Positions 29,034 through 38,632 of a DNA stretch of 64,000 bases are shown here, in pieces. The DNA comes from a virus: positions 1-64,000 of IMG/VR virus record IMGVR_UViG_3300046694_000196; one strand, written 5' to 3'. Each line of letters starts with the position of its first letter. Position 1 is the stretch's first letter. The notes beneath the pieces are model-generated. The model saw only the letters and a program-made list of their open reading frames with translations, was not told the DNA's origin and searched no databases. The position numbers were made by a program, and so were the translations under genes.

Positions 29034-29576
29034 ATGAAACACCAGTCACCCGCCGAGCGTGAGTCTGTGAAAGTACTGCGCGAGTGCATAGAACTCCAGA
29101 CCAAGAAGTCGAGGGACTACCAGTCTGACCGTTCTACTGTACGCCAGGCAGACTACTACCCCCGCGGCGTAGAGTCAATCTACGACATGATGAACACCAA
29201 GATGCTGCGACTCCGCAGCCTCATGGACGCGGGGGGAGACCCCAACTTCGAGTCGCTCGAGGACACCGCTCGCGACCTAGTGAACTACACCAGCTTCTTC
29301 GCGGCCTACATACGCGGCGGCGTAGACGGACAGAGCGTAGACCGGGACATGTACAACCGGCCACTTCCCGTCGACGATACTCCCAAGATGTCATTCGAAG
29401 AATTCGCGTCGTACGGGTCTTCCAATCCCGGCGGTAGTGATCCCGTTCCCACCTGTACTGACGAGCCCTCACTTGGGTTTCGCCGCGTGTCCTACGAAGG
29501 TACGACCTCTATCTGGACCGACCCGAACGGGCTCCCGTTCTCTTTCCGTGACGGCAAGGTGACTTACCTTGACTGA
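29034..29576 (+). CDS. Nucleotide-modification-associated domain 1 (DUF1599/Nmad1-like) protein
   Basis: LQTKKSRDYQ..KMLRL..ESLEDTARDLVNY helical motif; overlaps gp42-like gene. Confidence 0.65.
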   Translation: MKHQSPAERESVKVLRECIELQTKKSRDYQSDRSTVRQADYYPRGVESIYDMMNTKMLRLRSLMDAGGDPNFESLEDTARDLVNYTSFFAAYIRGGVDGQSVDRDMYNRPLPVDDTPKMSFEEFASYGSSNPGGSDPVPTCTDEPSLGFRRVSYEGTTSIWTDPNGLPFSFRDGKVTYLD

Positions 29577-30273
29577 GGTGAACATGAAAGTGCGTGACAT
29601 CCGACTCCTGTTCGCCGGCATGCTGGCCCGCGGCGAGTTCGTGACCGGCCGGGGAGACCAGCAGATGCTGGAAGTGCTCGGTGTCAGTTTCATCGCCGAC
29701 GAGGCTTCTGTCTTCGGCAAGGTCAACGAAGAGTACGTCGACCGAGAGATCGCGTGGTACGAGAGCGAGTCGACCAACGTGAACGACATCGGCCCCGACG
29801 TGCCGGCTGCGTGGAAAGCGACCGCGAACGAGCACGGCGAGGTCAACTCCAACTACGGGCACTTGATATTCTCAGAAAAGTATCACTCCCAGTTCCGCCG
29901 CGTGATAGAAGAGCTGGGTGAGAACCCCGAGAGCCGCCGCGCTATCATGGTCTACACTCGCCCTTCGATCTGGGTGGAGTACGACGAGAACGGCAAGAAC
30001 GACTTCATCTGCACCAACGCGGTCCAGTACCTAGTCAGAAACGACAGGGTGCACGCGGTCGTGCAGATGCGTTCTAACGACCTCGTGTACGGCTACAAGA
30101 ACGACCGTTACTGGCAGAGGTACGTGCTCGAGACAGTGGCGTTCAAGCTGGGTCTGCACGTCGGCGAGATACACTGGCAGGTCGGCAGCCTCCACGTCTA
30201 CCCTCGGCACTTCCGCCTCGTGCAGCAGTACAGGGAGTCTGACCAGTACGCACAGGACTTGACTCTTGCCTGA
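29569..30273 (+). CDS. gp42: dCMP hydroxymethylase-like (thymidylate synthase fold, cytosine-type)
   Basis: REIAWY, DFICTNAVQYL, MRSNDLVYGYKND, GSLHVYPRHF closely match T4 gp42; Asp at the specificity position. Confidence 0.88.
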   Translation: MTEVNMKVRDIRLLFAGMLARGEFVTGRGDQQMLEVLGVSFIADEASVFGKVNEEYVDREIAWYESESTNVNDIGPDVPAAWKATANEHGEVNSNYGHLIFSEKYHSQFRRVIEELGENPESRRAIMVYTRPSIWVEYDENGKNDFICTNAVQYLVRNDRVHAVVQMRSNDLVYGYKNDRYWQRYVLETVAFKLGLHVGEIHWQVGSLHVYPRHFRLVQQYRESDQYAQDLTLA

Positions 30274-30523
30274 AGTGTACAAGATGGGATCGGCCCCTCC
30301 AGGCGCAGTGTACGTCGGCCGAGGGTCTCCCTACGGGAACCCCTTCGTGCTAGGACGTGACGGCGACCGAGACGCAGTCTGTGACCGCTTCGAAGCAGAA
30401 GTGCTGCCGGCCCTAGACGTGTCTCCCCTGAGAGGAAAGGACCTGGTGTGTCACTGTGTTCCTAAGCGGTGCCACGCCAGTTCTATCTTGAGAAAAGCTA
30501 ACTACGAGGAATTTTGGTCATGA
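30266..30523 (+). CDS. DUF4326-like protein
   Basis: VYVGRGSPYGNPF..LRGKDLVCHCVPKRCHA. Confidence 0.8.
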   Translation: MPEVYKMGSAPPGAVYVGRGSPYGNPFVLGRDGDRDAVCDRFEAEVLPALDVSPLRGKDLVCHCVPKRCHASSILRKANYEEFWS

Positions 30524-31155
30524 GTCACTACGACGTCAATACCGGTTACTACCTGTTCAAGCTCATCGAGGCCCTGAAGGCCGATCCGCTCTCGGCGTTC
30601 CACATCGATGAGCTGTTTCAAGGGTCGAACGCCTCACTCGAGGGCTGGTACGAAGAGTACAAGAAATCCGACGAGATGACGCGGATGTGGAGCGAGGCCG
30701 TGGTAACGTCATCAACGGATTGGTACGGCTGATGTCTTGGGTCTTACTCACAGTCAATCCCCTTGAACTGGTCGCTATCGTCTTCCTCGCCCTCTTGCTG
30801 GCAGCGTACGTGCTCTTGGTGACCATCCGAGTGATCACCGCCAAGGTGTCCGCGCTGGTCACTCGAGTCAAGGGCTACTTCCGTGACTGAGCGCGTCACT
30901 GCCGCAGCGTGCCGCCACCCCGACGGGGGAGTGTATTCCCTGGCACCCCCAGCCCGTCACGGACAGGTCCTCCGCCTAGTCGAGTCGTGTTACCCCGAAG
31001 ACAGGGAAGCAGTCTTCAAGGTAGAACAGGGCTTCGTCACTAGCGGTAACAGGTTCGTGACCCGCACAGAAGCACGGAAGATCGCAGACCACGCGGGTCA
31101 GTCTTCTGATCGCGACATGCACCTCCCAGAACTCTTCAGCGAGGACCTCTGGTGA
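30520..31155 (+). other. Three small hypothetical ORFs (30520-30732, ~30709-30890, 30883-31155)
   Basis: Coupled ORFs; last ends FSEDLW. Confidence 0.55.
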
Positions 31156-31601
31156 ACATAGGGTCCAAGTCAGGCTACCCGTCTTCGTCACTGTCTAACT
31201 TCGCGCCTCACAGGTTCGTCATCGACGGCGTAGAGTGCGCGTCACTCGAGGGCTGGCTGCAGTCCCTCAAGTTCGACAAGGAACACGTGCAGGTAGAAGT
31301 CTGCAAGCTGGTCGGTCTCGAGGCCAAGTACCGCGGCAAGAAGCGAAACGGCTCCTGGCAGCGCGTCCAGACGCTGTGGTGGAAGGGCGTCGCCTACGAC
31401 CGTCACTCGACCGCCTACCAGAAGCTCCTAGACCGAGCCTACTATGCCGCGTTCGAGCAGTGTGACTCTTTCCGTCGCGCGCTCGCTGCTACGGGTGACA
31501 GCGTGCTGACCCACTCCATAGGACACAACGACTCTTCGAAGACGGTGCTCACCGAGCGTGAGTTCTGTCGCCGCCTGACGAAACTGCGGGAGCTGACGTG
31601 A
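31152..31601 (+). CDS. NADAR-family protein (T4 gp30.3-like)
   Basis: SSLSNFA..F..DG....LEGWLQSLK..TLWWKG..LTHS..TVLTEREF pattern as in gp30.3. Confidence 0.75.
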   Translation: MNIGSKSGYPSSSLSNFAPHRFVIDGVECASLEGWLQSLKFDKEHVQVEVCKLVGLEAKYRGKKRNGSWQRVQTLWWKGVAYDRHSTAYQKLLDRAYYAAFEQCDSFRRALAATGDSVLTHSIGHNDSSKTVLTEREFCRRLTKLRELT

Positions 31602-31721
31602 ACAAGAAACCCACCGTACCAGGGAAACTCAATCGCTGCCCGGCGTGCAAGTCTACGGGGAGCCTGTCTAAGCAGACGTGCCCCTCCTCCTCTTGCATAC
31701 TCAGACTCAAGGACAAGCTAC

Positions 31722-32273
31722 GTGTGTAAGTACTGTGAAGACGAAGAACACTTCAAGTTCGACATCGCCCGAGTGTCTTCGAATTACGACTCGTTCGTGA
31801 TCCGGGACCCCGCCGCGGATCACGCAGAGCGAGACAAGAAATGGCACGCCCGCTACCTGGACCTGGCCGAGCACGTCTCTTCGTGGTCACTCGACCCGTC
31901 TACGAAAGTCGGCGCGGTAGCGTTCCGTGACGGCCAGGTGCTGTCGCTGTCATACAACGGCTTCCCCCGCGGCATCCGAGACAGCGAAGAGCGCCTGAAC
32001 GACCGCGAGACGAAGTACGGAATGATCGTGCACGCCGAGATGAACGTCATCTACAACGCGTCACTGACCGGAGTATCACTCAAGGGGGCGACGCTGTACG
32101 TGTCGGGGCTCCCTGTGTGCTCGACTTGTACGCTCGGAGTCATCCAGGCCGGCATCTCTCGCGTGGTCATCCGTTCGCGAGACATAAATAGGTCCGAGAA
32201 ATGGAGAGCGTCCTGGGACAAGAGCAGCGAGCTGCTCAGAGAAGCGGGCGTAGCGGTAGTCGTAGTTGACTAG
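31722..32273 (+). CDS. cd: dCMP deaminase
   Basis: KVGAV, YNGFPRG, HAEMN and PVCSTC zinc ligands. Confidence 0.9.
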   Translation: MCKYCEDEEHFKFDIARVSSNYDSFVIRDPAADHAERDKKWHARYLDLAEHVSSWSLDPSTKVGAVAFRDGQVLSLSYNGFPRGIRDSEERLNDRETKYGMIVHAEMNVIYNASLTGVSLKGATLYVSGLPVCSTCTLGVIQAGISRVVIRSRDINRSEKWRASWDKSSELLREAGVAVVVVD

Positions 32274-32317
32274 TCTCGGTTTCATGATAGTATGCAACAT
32301 CATCGAGGACACTTGAA

Positions 32318-33430
32318 GTGACTACAAAGAAACTTTTGTTGACTGGTATGAACAAAAACCAGTGCGTGCGGAATTTCTTCCTGAAGCAGGAACTGAACGT
32401 CGTCCCGTCTTCCTACGCCCTCATAAGGGCCTTCGAGGACATGGGCTACGAGGTAGACCAGAGGCCGGTGACCCTCGGGGAAGACCTGTCCCACTACGAC
32501 GAGGTCGTAATCTACATCCACAGCCCGAAGGCCTTCTGTCAGTTCCTCTGGTCAGGTCTCTACGCCGTGCACGCCCGCCCGGACGCGATCTTCGCGTTCG
32601 ATGACTGGCAGGTCAAGCAGATCATGTACTCGATCAAGTCGTACAACGACTACCTGATCGAAGAGGACTACGTCAAGGCCTACAAGGACTACTACTTCGA
32701 CCTGTGGCAGGGCAGGGAGTCTCGAGAAGAGGTCGCCCTCTACTCGGCCCAGTACCGCGAGGCCTGCGAGCGCATCCTCCGCAAGGAGAACAGGCTGCTG
32801 ATCTCGGCCTTCGCGGGCGGAAACGTCGACGCACTCAACCTGGACTGGAAGGGGAACGTGTTCACGTTCAACCCGAACCCGTACCACCTGAACCGCACCC
32901 CCGAGAACAACTTCGGCGTCGAGAAAGTCAAGACGTTCGACGACTTCTTCGGCGGAGACGAAGAGGCGGTCAAGAAGCATGAGTGGAACTTCGCGTCGCT
33001 TGTCCAGAAGAAGACCCGCGCGTGGGTAGACAAGCAGGGAGTGAAGTCCTGGCCCATCAACTACTACGGCTCCAAGAGGAACGAGGAGAAGTGCGAGCGC
33101 CTGACAGAAGACCAGATGTGCCGCAAGTTCTCCACCCAGTGGGGCATCCTCTATCCGGGATACGGCAAGATGTGTGAGTCGGGCTGGTGGCGGGCGCGCC
33201 CTCTCCAGGTCGCGGACGCCGGCTCTATCCTGGTCGGTGAGAAACCCGAGCTTATGATCTACTACAGGGACGCGTCCCTCATCCAGAGCGCCTCCACCGT
33301 AGAGGGACTCACCGACGCGCAGCTAGAGAAGCTCGCGAGGTGGCAGCGCGAGGCCCTGTATGCGAACCACCCCCTCGACAAGTCGGTCACTCGGCGAGAA
33401 CTGGAGGCAGTCCTCGATGCACCCAGATAA
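32318..33430 (+). CDS. GT-B-like glycosyltransferase 1
   Basis: N-terminal Rossmann-type LLLTG; C-terminal GILYPGY..SGWWRARPLQVADAG motif of phage DNA GTs. Confidence 0.6.
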   Translation: MTTKKLLLTGMNKNQCVRNFFLKQELNVVPSSYALIRAFEDMGYEVDQRPVTLGEDLSHYDEVVIYIHSPKAFCQFLWSGLYAVHARPDAIFAFDDWQVKQIMYSIKSYNDYLIEEDYVKAYKDYYFDLWQGRESREEVALYSAQYREACERILRKENRLLISAFAGGNVDALNLDWKGNVFTFNPNPYHLNRTPENNFGVEKVKTFDDFFGGDEEAVKKHEWNFASLVQKKTRAWVDKQGVKSWPINYYGSKRNEEKCERLTEDQMCRKFSTQWGILYPGYGKMCESGWWRARPLQVADAGSILVGEKPELMIYYRDASLIQSASTVEGLTDAQLEKLARWQREALYANHPLDKSVTRRELEAVLDAPR

Positions 33431-34481
33431 GAACAGACGCATACTCGTGATCGGCGCTGGCTTCTCAGGAGCAGTCATCGCCCGTGAGCTAGCAGAGTTC
33501 GGGTGGGACGTGTACGTCATGGACAAGCGAGACCACGTTGCGGGCAACGCCTATGACTACGAGCACAACCTTGGGCCACGCGTACACAAGTACGGCCCGC
33601 ACCTTTTCCACACCAACAACGAGCGAGTCTGGGACTACCTCCAGCGCTTCGGCGACTGGGTCCCGTACAGGCACAGAGTGAAGGCCATGCTCAAGGACGG
33701 GCGCTTCGTGACGCTACCCGTCAACCGAGAGACCAAGGAGGTCGTGGGTGAAGAGAACGTGCTCGACGTGTTCTACAGGCCATACACACGAAAGATGTGG
33801 GGCGTGGAGCTTGACGAACTTGATCCTTCCGTTGCGAAGCGAGTGCCAGTCCGCGACGACGACAACGAGTTCTACTTCCCTGACGACGCATTCCAGGCGC
33901 TGCCGCGAGAAGGGTACACTCAACTGGTCAGGAATATCCTGGACCACGAGAACATCACTGTGGGACTAGGACGGAAATTCTTCAAAGGGTTGGAACAGTA
34001 CTACTTTCACGTCTTCAATTCTATGCCGATCGACGAGTACTATGACTTCTGTTTCGGCGAGCTCCCGTACAGGTCCATCAAGTTCAGTACCCGCTTCGTC
34101 TCTCACCCGAACTTCTTTGACGACCTCCCCGCCGCCACCGTGAACTTCACTGGAGACGGCCCGTTCACGCGAGTCACGTGCTGGAACAAGCTCCCGAACT
34201 CACCGCCGGCAGAGCACGACGTCTGGACGTACGAGCAGCCATGTGACTACCGCGACAACGACATGGAGCGGTACTACCCGGTGAAGGACCGAGACGGCAA
34301 GAACCGCGCCACGTACGAGCAGTACAAGGCGATCCCGAACGAGAAGACTACTTTCATCGGCAGGACCGGGCTCTACGCCTACCTCGACATGCACCAGGCA
34401 GTCAACATAGCACTACAGACCGCGAAGAAGTTCAATGACGCGCACAGCAGCGATATTCACGACCAGGGCGTTCAGCTCTGA
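33417..34481 (+). CDS. glf: UDP-galactopyranose mutase
   Basis: IGAGFSGA FAD motif, HVAGNAYD, HKYGPHLFHT, RYYPV, GRTGLYAYLDMHQ. Confidence 0.93.
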   Translation: MHPDKNRRILVIGAGFSGAVIARELAEFGWDVYVMDKRDHVAGNAYDYEHNLGPRVHKYGPHLFHTNNERVWDYLQRFGDWVPYRHRVKAMLKDGRFVTLPVNRETKEVVGEENVLDVFYRPYTRKMWGVELDELDPSVAKRVPVRDDDNEFYFPDDAFQALPREGYTQLVRNILDHENITVGLGRKFFKGLEQYYFHVFNSMPIDEYYDFCFGELPYRSIKFSTRFVSHPNFFDDLPAATVNFTGDGPFTRVTCWNKLPNSPPAEHDVWTYEQPCDYRDNDMERYYPVKDRDGKNRATYEQYKAIPNEKTTFIGRTGLYAYLDMHQAVNIALQTAKKFNDAHSSDIHDQGVQL

Positions 34482-35523
34482 CTTCACTTCCCTCTACGAG
34501 TCCATGCACTTCCTGAGGGAGTACGACAGGATAGTGTTCTACCACGCCTACGGCACCGACAAGGTGGTCGAGGCAGTCGAGAGACTCGGCCGCGTCGTCG
34601 TCTCTGAGGTAGTGCACACCAAGTCCTGGTTCGACCGGTGCGTATCCGGCGACTTTCCTACCTGGAGGCATTTCTATGAAGCTTTCGACCCTCACGTCCC
34701 GGAACGCGGGATTGATGACGTCTACCTCTTTGGCGCGCCTCTCTCAGACGGCGGAAAGCTCAAGAGGAAGCACAACGGTCTACAGAAGAACCTTGACAAC
34801 AACAAGTTCATCACCTTCGTCAGCGTCGCTAAGCATTACTTCACCGCTTACGCGGCTGTCAAGCTCGCTAACGTCACCGGAGCCGCTTTCCACGAGGTGT
34901 GCTATGACCCTGGAGAGAACTCTGTGGGGCAGCTCGTTGACGTCATACGACCGGTCTCTGTTCGCGTTTACCACGGCTACGACATAGCGCGCTTCGGCAT
35001 AGAGAAGCACCGTTTCTTCCAGGACGGCATGGCCCAGTCGCGGTCTTCTCCCTTCGATGACGACGATGAAGTCGACCACGACGTGGTCTTCGGCTACAGC
35101 TACATGACCAGGGACCGCCGAGCCTCCCACGAGTACGCTCAAGACGTCATCTCGGTCGTGCGGTCACTCCCGGGAGTCAGGTCTCGCTTCCTGGTGAAGA
35201 ACAAGGTCGAGGGCTACGACACGTCTGTGAGTCGTGAGGAGTACATGCGACTCATCCGCAAGTCACGGTTCACGTTCGTGGCGCCGGCGTACGAGCCAGG
35301 CGTCTTCTCGCCGTTCAGGTACATCGAGGCCGTCTTGTCGGGCTGCCTCCCCCTCGTCTTCGAGACCTGCGCATACAGAGAGTTCTTTGACTCGTGGGGC
35401 GTCCCCGTGGACTCCGTGCACGCGACGATAGTCAACCGTGGCAGCGTAGCGGCTGCACTAGAGATGGACGAGATGGACCGGCGGGCGCTGGTGGAGTACC
35501 TCCGCGCCAAGTTTCTCGCGTAG
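34435..35523 (+). CDS. GT-B-like glycosyltransferase 2
   Basis: EYMRLIRKSRFTFVAPAY..FRYIEAVLSGCLPL C-terminal GT-B pattern. Confidence 0.65.
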   Translation: MTRTAAIFTTRAFSSDFTSLYESMHFLREYDRIVFYHAYGTDKVVEAVERLGRVVVSEVVHTKSWFDRCVSGDFPTWRHFYEAFDPHVPERGIDDVYLFGAPLSDGGKLKRKHNGLQKNLDNNKFITFVSVAKHYFTAYAAVKLANVTGAAFHEVCYDPGENSVGQLVDVIRPVSVRVYHGYDIARFGIEKHRFFQDGMAQSRSSPFDDDDEVDHDVVFGYSYMTRDRRASHEYAQDVISVVRSLPGVRSRFLVKNKVEGYDTSVSREEYMRLIRKSRFTFVAPAYEPGVFSPFRYIEAVLSGCLPLVFETCAYREFFDSWGVPVDSVHATIVNRGSVAAALEMDEMDRRALVEYLRAKFLA

Positions 35524-35535
35524 CCCCTCCCGGCC

Positions 35536-35543
35536 TATAAATA
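35536..35543 (+). promoter_or_regulatory. T4-type late promoter upstream of methyltransferase-like gene
   Basis: TATAAATATCCTA, 13 nt shared with gp18/gp19 promoters. Confidence 0.75.
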
Positions 35544-35573
35544 TCCTAGAATGCAACTCTAGGATGACTCAAC

Positions 35574-36758
35574 ATGAACGCAATGACTTGGTCCTCTATC
35601 GTCCCCCTCATCGGCGGCGAGACCATAGCCATGGAGAGGGTCTTCGGCAACCGCCCAGAAGAACTGCTCTCCTACTCCCCATTCGCTTCTAACGACGCGC
35701 ACATCGTGAACCACTACGACGGCGAGGTCCCCTACCGCCTGATCGACAAGGAAGAGTTCACCCCCCGCCGCGTAGACGTAGTCAACTCGGTCTGCCCCTG
35801 CGCAGGGCTCTCGTCTCTGTCTCCCACTTCCGCTGCGGACTCTAAGGTCAACGAGTGGATGTTCGAGTCGTCGAAATACGTCTTCGAGAACGTCAAGCCG
35901 ACCGTGCTCTGGGGAGAGAACGCCCCCCACTTCGCTACGAACAAGGGCACGCTGATCCGAGAACGGCTGCGAGACATGGCACTCGACCACGGGTACTCCA
36001 TGAGCGTCATGAAGACGAAGTCACTCGTGCACGGCCTGCCCCAGATCAGGACCAGGAGCTTCTACTTCTTCTGGCGAGGCATGGACGCGCCGCTCTTTGA
36101 CTACTACCACCGGCCGCACGTCAAGATAGAAGACCTCATCCGGGGAGTCAAGTCAAACTCCCAGAGAGAAGTCATCGGCCGGGGAAAACCGTCTGACAAC
36201 AAGTACCTCGAGTTCATCCTCGAGCACGTCCGCAGGCAGACTTTCCAGGAGTTCTATGACTCCCTGCAGAAGTCTGAGAGCGTCATCACGATCATCGAGC
36301 AAGAGTCCGACTGGGTCTCGTGCGCTGAGTGGATGGAGTCCAAGGGGTACGACCGCGAGGCCAAGTCGTCACGACGCCGCCAGGCCAAGCTCGACGACAA
36401 CAAGGGCTACATGAAGAAAGACCTGCTGTTCGCGAAGGACTACATCGGCGCGTTCGTCGGGCACCTCCCTCACTCCATCAGGCACCCCGACGAAGACCGC
36501 TTCATCGACTACCGCGAGGCCATGACCATCATGGGGCTCCCCGACGACTTCGAGCTGCTCGACCCGAAGCACAGCTCCAACCACATATGCCAGAACGTCC
36601 CGGTGCAGACCGCGACCGACATGGCCACGGAGGTCCGAGAAGTACTCCTCGGCAACAGGAGGTCCTCGGGGCACAGGTACGTGCTGCAGGACAACGTTCA
36701 CCAGAAAGTAGAAGAGACCCTCTTCCCCTCGAAGACACTCGTAGACTTCGCTGTCTGA
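35574..36758 (+). CDS. C5-cytosine DNA methyltransferase-like protein
   Basis: PLIGG (motif I, atypical), PCAGLS (IV), ENAP (VI), QIRTR (VIII), QNVP (X). Confidence 0.75.
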   Translation: MNAMTWSSIVPLIGGETIAMERVFGNRPEELLSYSPFASNDAHIVNHYDGEVPYRLIDKEEFTPRRVDVVNSVCPCAGLSSLSPTSAADSKVNEWMFESSKYVFENVKPTVLWGENAPHFATNKGTLIRERLRDMALDHGYSMSVMKTKSLVHGLPQIRTRSFYFFWRGMDAPLFDYYHRPHVKIEDLIRGVKSNSQREVIGRGKPSDNKYLEFILEHVRRQTFQEFYDSLQKSESVITIIEQESDWVSCAEWMESKGYDREAKSSRRRQAKLDDNKGYMKKDLLFAKDYIGAFVGHLPHSIRHPDEDRFIDYREAMTIMGLPDDFELLDPKHSSNHICQNVPVQTATDMATEVREVLLGNRRSSGHRYVLQDNVHQKVEETLFPSKTLVDFAV

Positions 36759-36822
36759 CGAGAAACCAGTTGACAAACTGGCCCACCCGTGATATACTGT
36801 ACATTCACCCAGGAAATTTGTC

Positions 36823-37062
36823 ATGGCACTATCCGGTTCAAACGGCGACTACTATCGCCTGCCCGAAGCCGCCCGCGAGCTTCAAGACCTCATCGAACAC
36901 CGCAACATGAACTTCGCCGTCGGGAACATATTCAAGGCCTGCTACAGGCTCGGTTCCAAAGAGGGCACCGACGACGTGTACGACCTCGAGAAGATGATCT
37001 TCTTCGCGTCGAGGGAGCTGGCACGAATCAAGAAGGAGAGACGCGATGTACACTGCGATTAG
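36823..37062 (+). CDS. DUF3310-like protein
   Basis: YY..QDLIE..NFAVGNIFKACYRLGSK..DLEK. Confidence 0.75.
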   Translation: MALSGSNGDYYRLPEAARELQDLIEHRNMNFAVGNIFKACYRLGSKEGTDDVYDLEKMIFFASRELARIKKERRDVHCD

Positions 37063-37294
37063 GCTCATCAACAGCGACTACTTCAACGGCCCGTGGGCCT
37101 TCGGACAGATATCAGACGTCATGGCCGACCTCGGCTACGACCTGACGGGGACGTGCGAGTCCCCGGTACAGTACGAGTTCCTGTACTCGCTGGACCTCCC
37201 AGAGGAACTGACACAGGACGAAATACGACGGGAGTTCGAAGAGCTCCTGCCAGAGTTCACCGTCGAAGTGCTCCGCTACGACATCGAAGAGTAA
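37046..37294 (+). CDS. Hypothetical acidic protein
   Basis: 82-aa coupled ORF. Confidence 0.55.
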   Translation: MYTAIRLINSDYFNGPWAFGQISDVMADLGYDLTGTCESPVQYEFLYSLDLPEELTQDEIRREFEELLPEFTVEVLRYDIEE

Positions 37295-37304
37295 GGACGA
37301 TACT

Positions 37305-38288
37305 TTGCAATTCAACATTGAAATCGAGAAACTGAGAGAGTGCAAGCTCTTCGTGGCAGTGCCGATGTACGGCGGGATGTGCCACGGTAACTTCACTCGC
37401 TCCATCATGGACCTCACCGCGCTCTGTGCCCGCTACAGTGTCCACATGCGCACGTACTTCCTCTTCAACGAGTCCCTGATCAGCCGCGCGCGCGCGTACT
37501 GTGCCGACGAGTTCCTCCGCTCTGACTGCACCCACATGCTCTTCATCGACGCCGACATCACGTTCAACGCGAACGACGTCATCGCGATGATAGCGGTCCA
37601 GCTCATGGACCCCGAGAACAAGGACATCGTCGCGGCGGCTTACCCCAAGAAGTGCATCACCTGGGAGAAGATCAAGCTGGCAGTCGACAAGGGCTTCGCT
37701 GACGAGGACCCCAACAGGCTCGAGGACTTCGTGGGTGACTTCGTGTTCAACCCGGTGTCCGGCACTTCCATCCTGCTAAGTGAGCCCGCCGAGGTCGCCG
37801 AGGCCGGCACCGGCTTCATGCTCATCCCGCGCAACACGTTCGACCGCTTTAACGTGGCGTACCCCGAGTTCCGGTACCTGCCAGACCACGCGCGCAGCGA
37901 CAACTTCGACGGCACCCGCGAGATCACCATGTTCTTCGACTGCGTCATCGACAAGGACCGCAAGGAGTCTGAGTTCGAGGCGATGATGGACGACATCCTG
38001 GCACTAGAAGTAGGTTCTCCTGACGACGAGCTCGACGTCGAGAAACTGCAGGCCAAGGTCAAGGACATCCGTCTCCGTGAGAAGAACAGCTCGAAGAGGT
38101 ACCTGTCGGAGGACTACTACTTCTGCCAGAACGTCCGCAGGGCCGGCATGAAGGTGTGGATCTGTCCGTGGATCGAGCTGCAGCACAGCGGTTTCTACAC
38201 GTTCGGGGGCAAGCTCGCCGCGCTCGCCGCGATCGGCGCCTCCGCCACAGTCGACAAAGACGCACTAAAGAAGAGAGCCAAGGCATGA
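37305..38288 (+). CDS. GT-A fold glycosyltransferase-like protein
   Basis: LFVAVPMYG, SLISRAR, HMLFIDADI (DxD), GTGFMLI, LSEDYYFC, H motif. Confidence 0.75.
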   Translation: MQFNIEIEKLRECKLFVAVPMYGGMCHGNFTRSIMDLTALCARYSVHMRTYFLFNESLISRARAYCADEFLRSDCTHMLFIDADITFNANDVIAMIAVQLMDPENKDIVAAAYPKKCITWEKIKLAVDKGFADEDPNRLEDFVGDFVFNPVSGTSILLSEPAEVAEAGTGFMLIPRNTFDRFNVAYPEFRYLPDHARSDNFDGTREITMFFDCVIDKDRKESEFEAMMDDILALEVGSPDDELDVEKLQAKVKDIRLREKNSSKRYLSEDYYFCQNVRRAGMKVWICPWIELQHSGFYTFGGKLAALAAIGASATVDKDALKKRAKA

Positions 38289-38632
38289 TACTGAAAGTGA
38301 TATCCGAAGAAGACGAGAACGACTTCGTCGAGTTTCGCGTAGAAGACGGGCTGGTCGAAGAGATCAGGGCCGAGCTCGGAGAAGACGCCAGCGAAGAAGA
38401 CATCGCGCGGCGAGTAGTAGAACTATTACTGGCCGAGGCCACCGAAGGAGAAGAAGATGAAGTTGACACAGTCGACGATTGAGTATAGATTCGCCCTGAT
38501 CAACCACGCCCGAGACATACTCCGGGACGCCGGCGCGATCGATGGCTACCGATTTCACCCCGAACAGTACGAAGCCCACGTCTTGGCCCTCGCCGAGAAG
38601 ATCCACGCGTGGGTCGAGAAGGACCTGTCTGC

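Noticed and set aside
29569-30273. Ordinary thymidylate synthase
   Set aside because: Motifs match T4 gp42 (DFICTN, YKND with Asp) rather than ThyA
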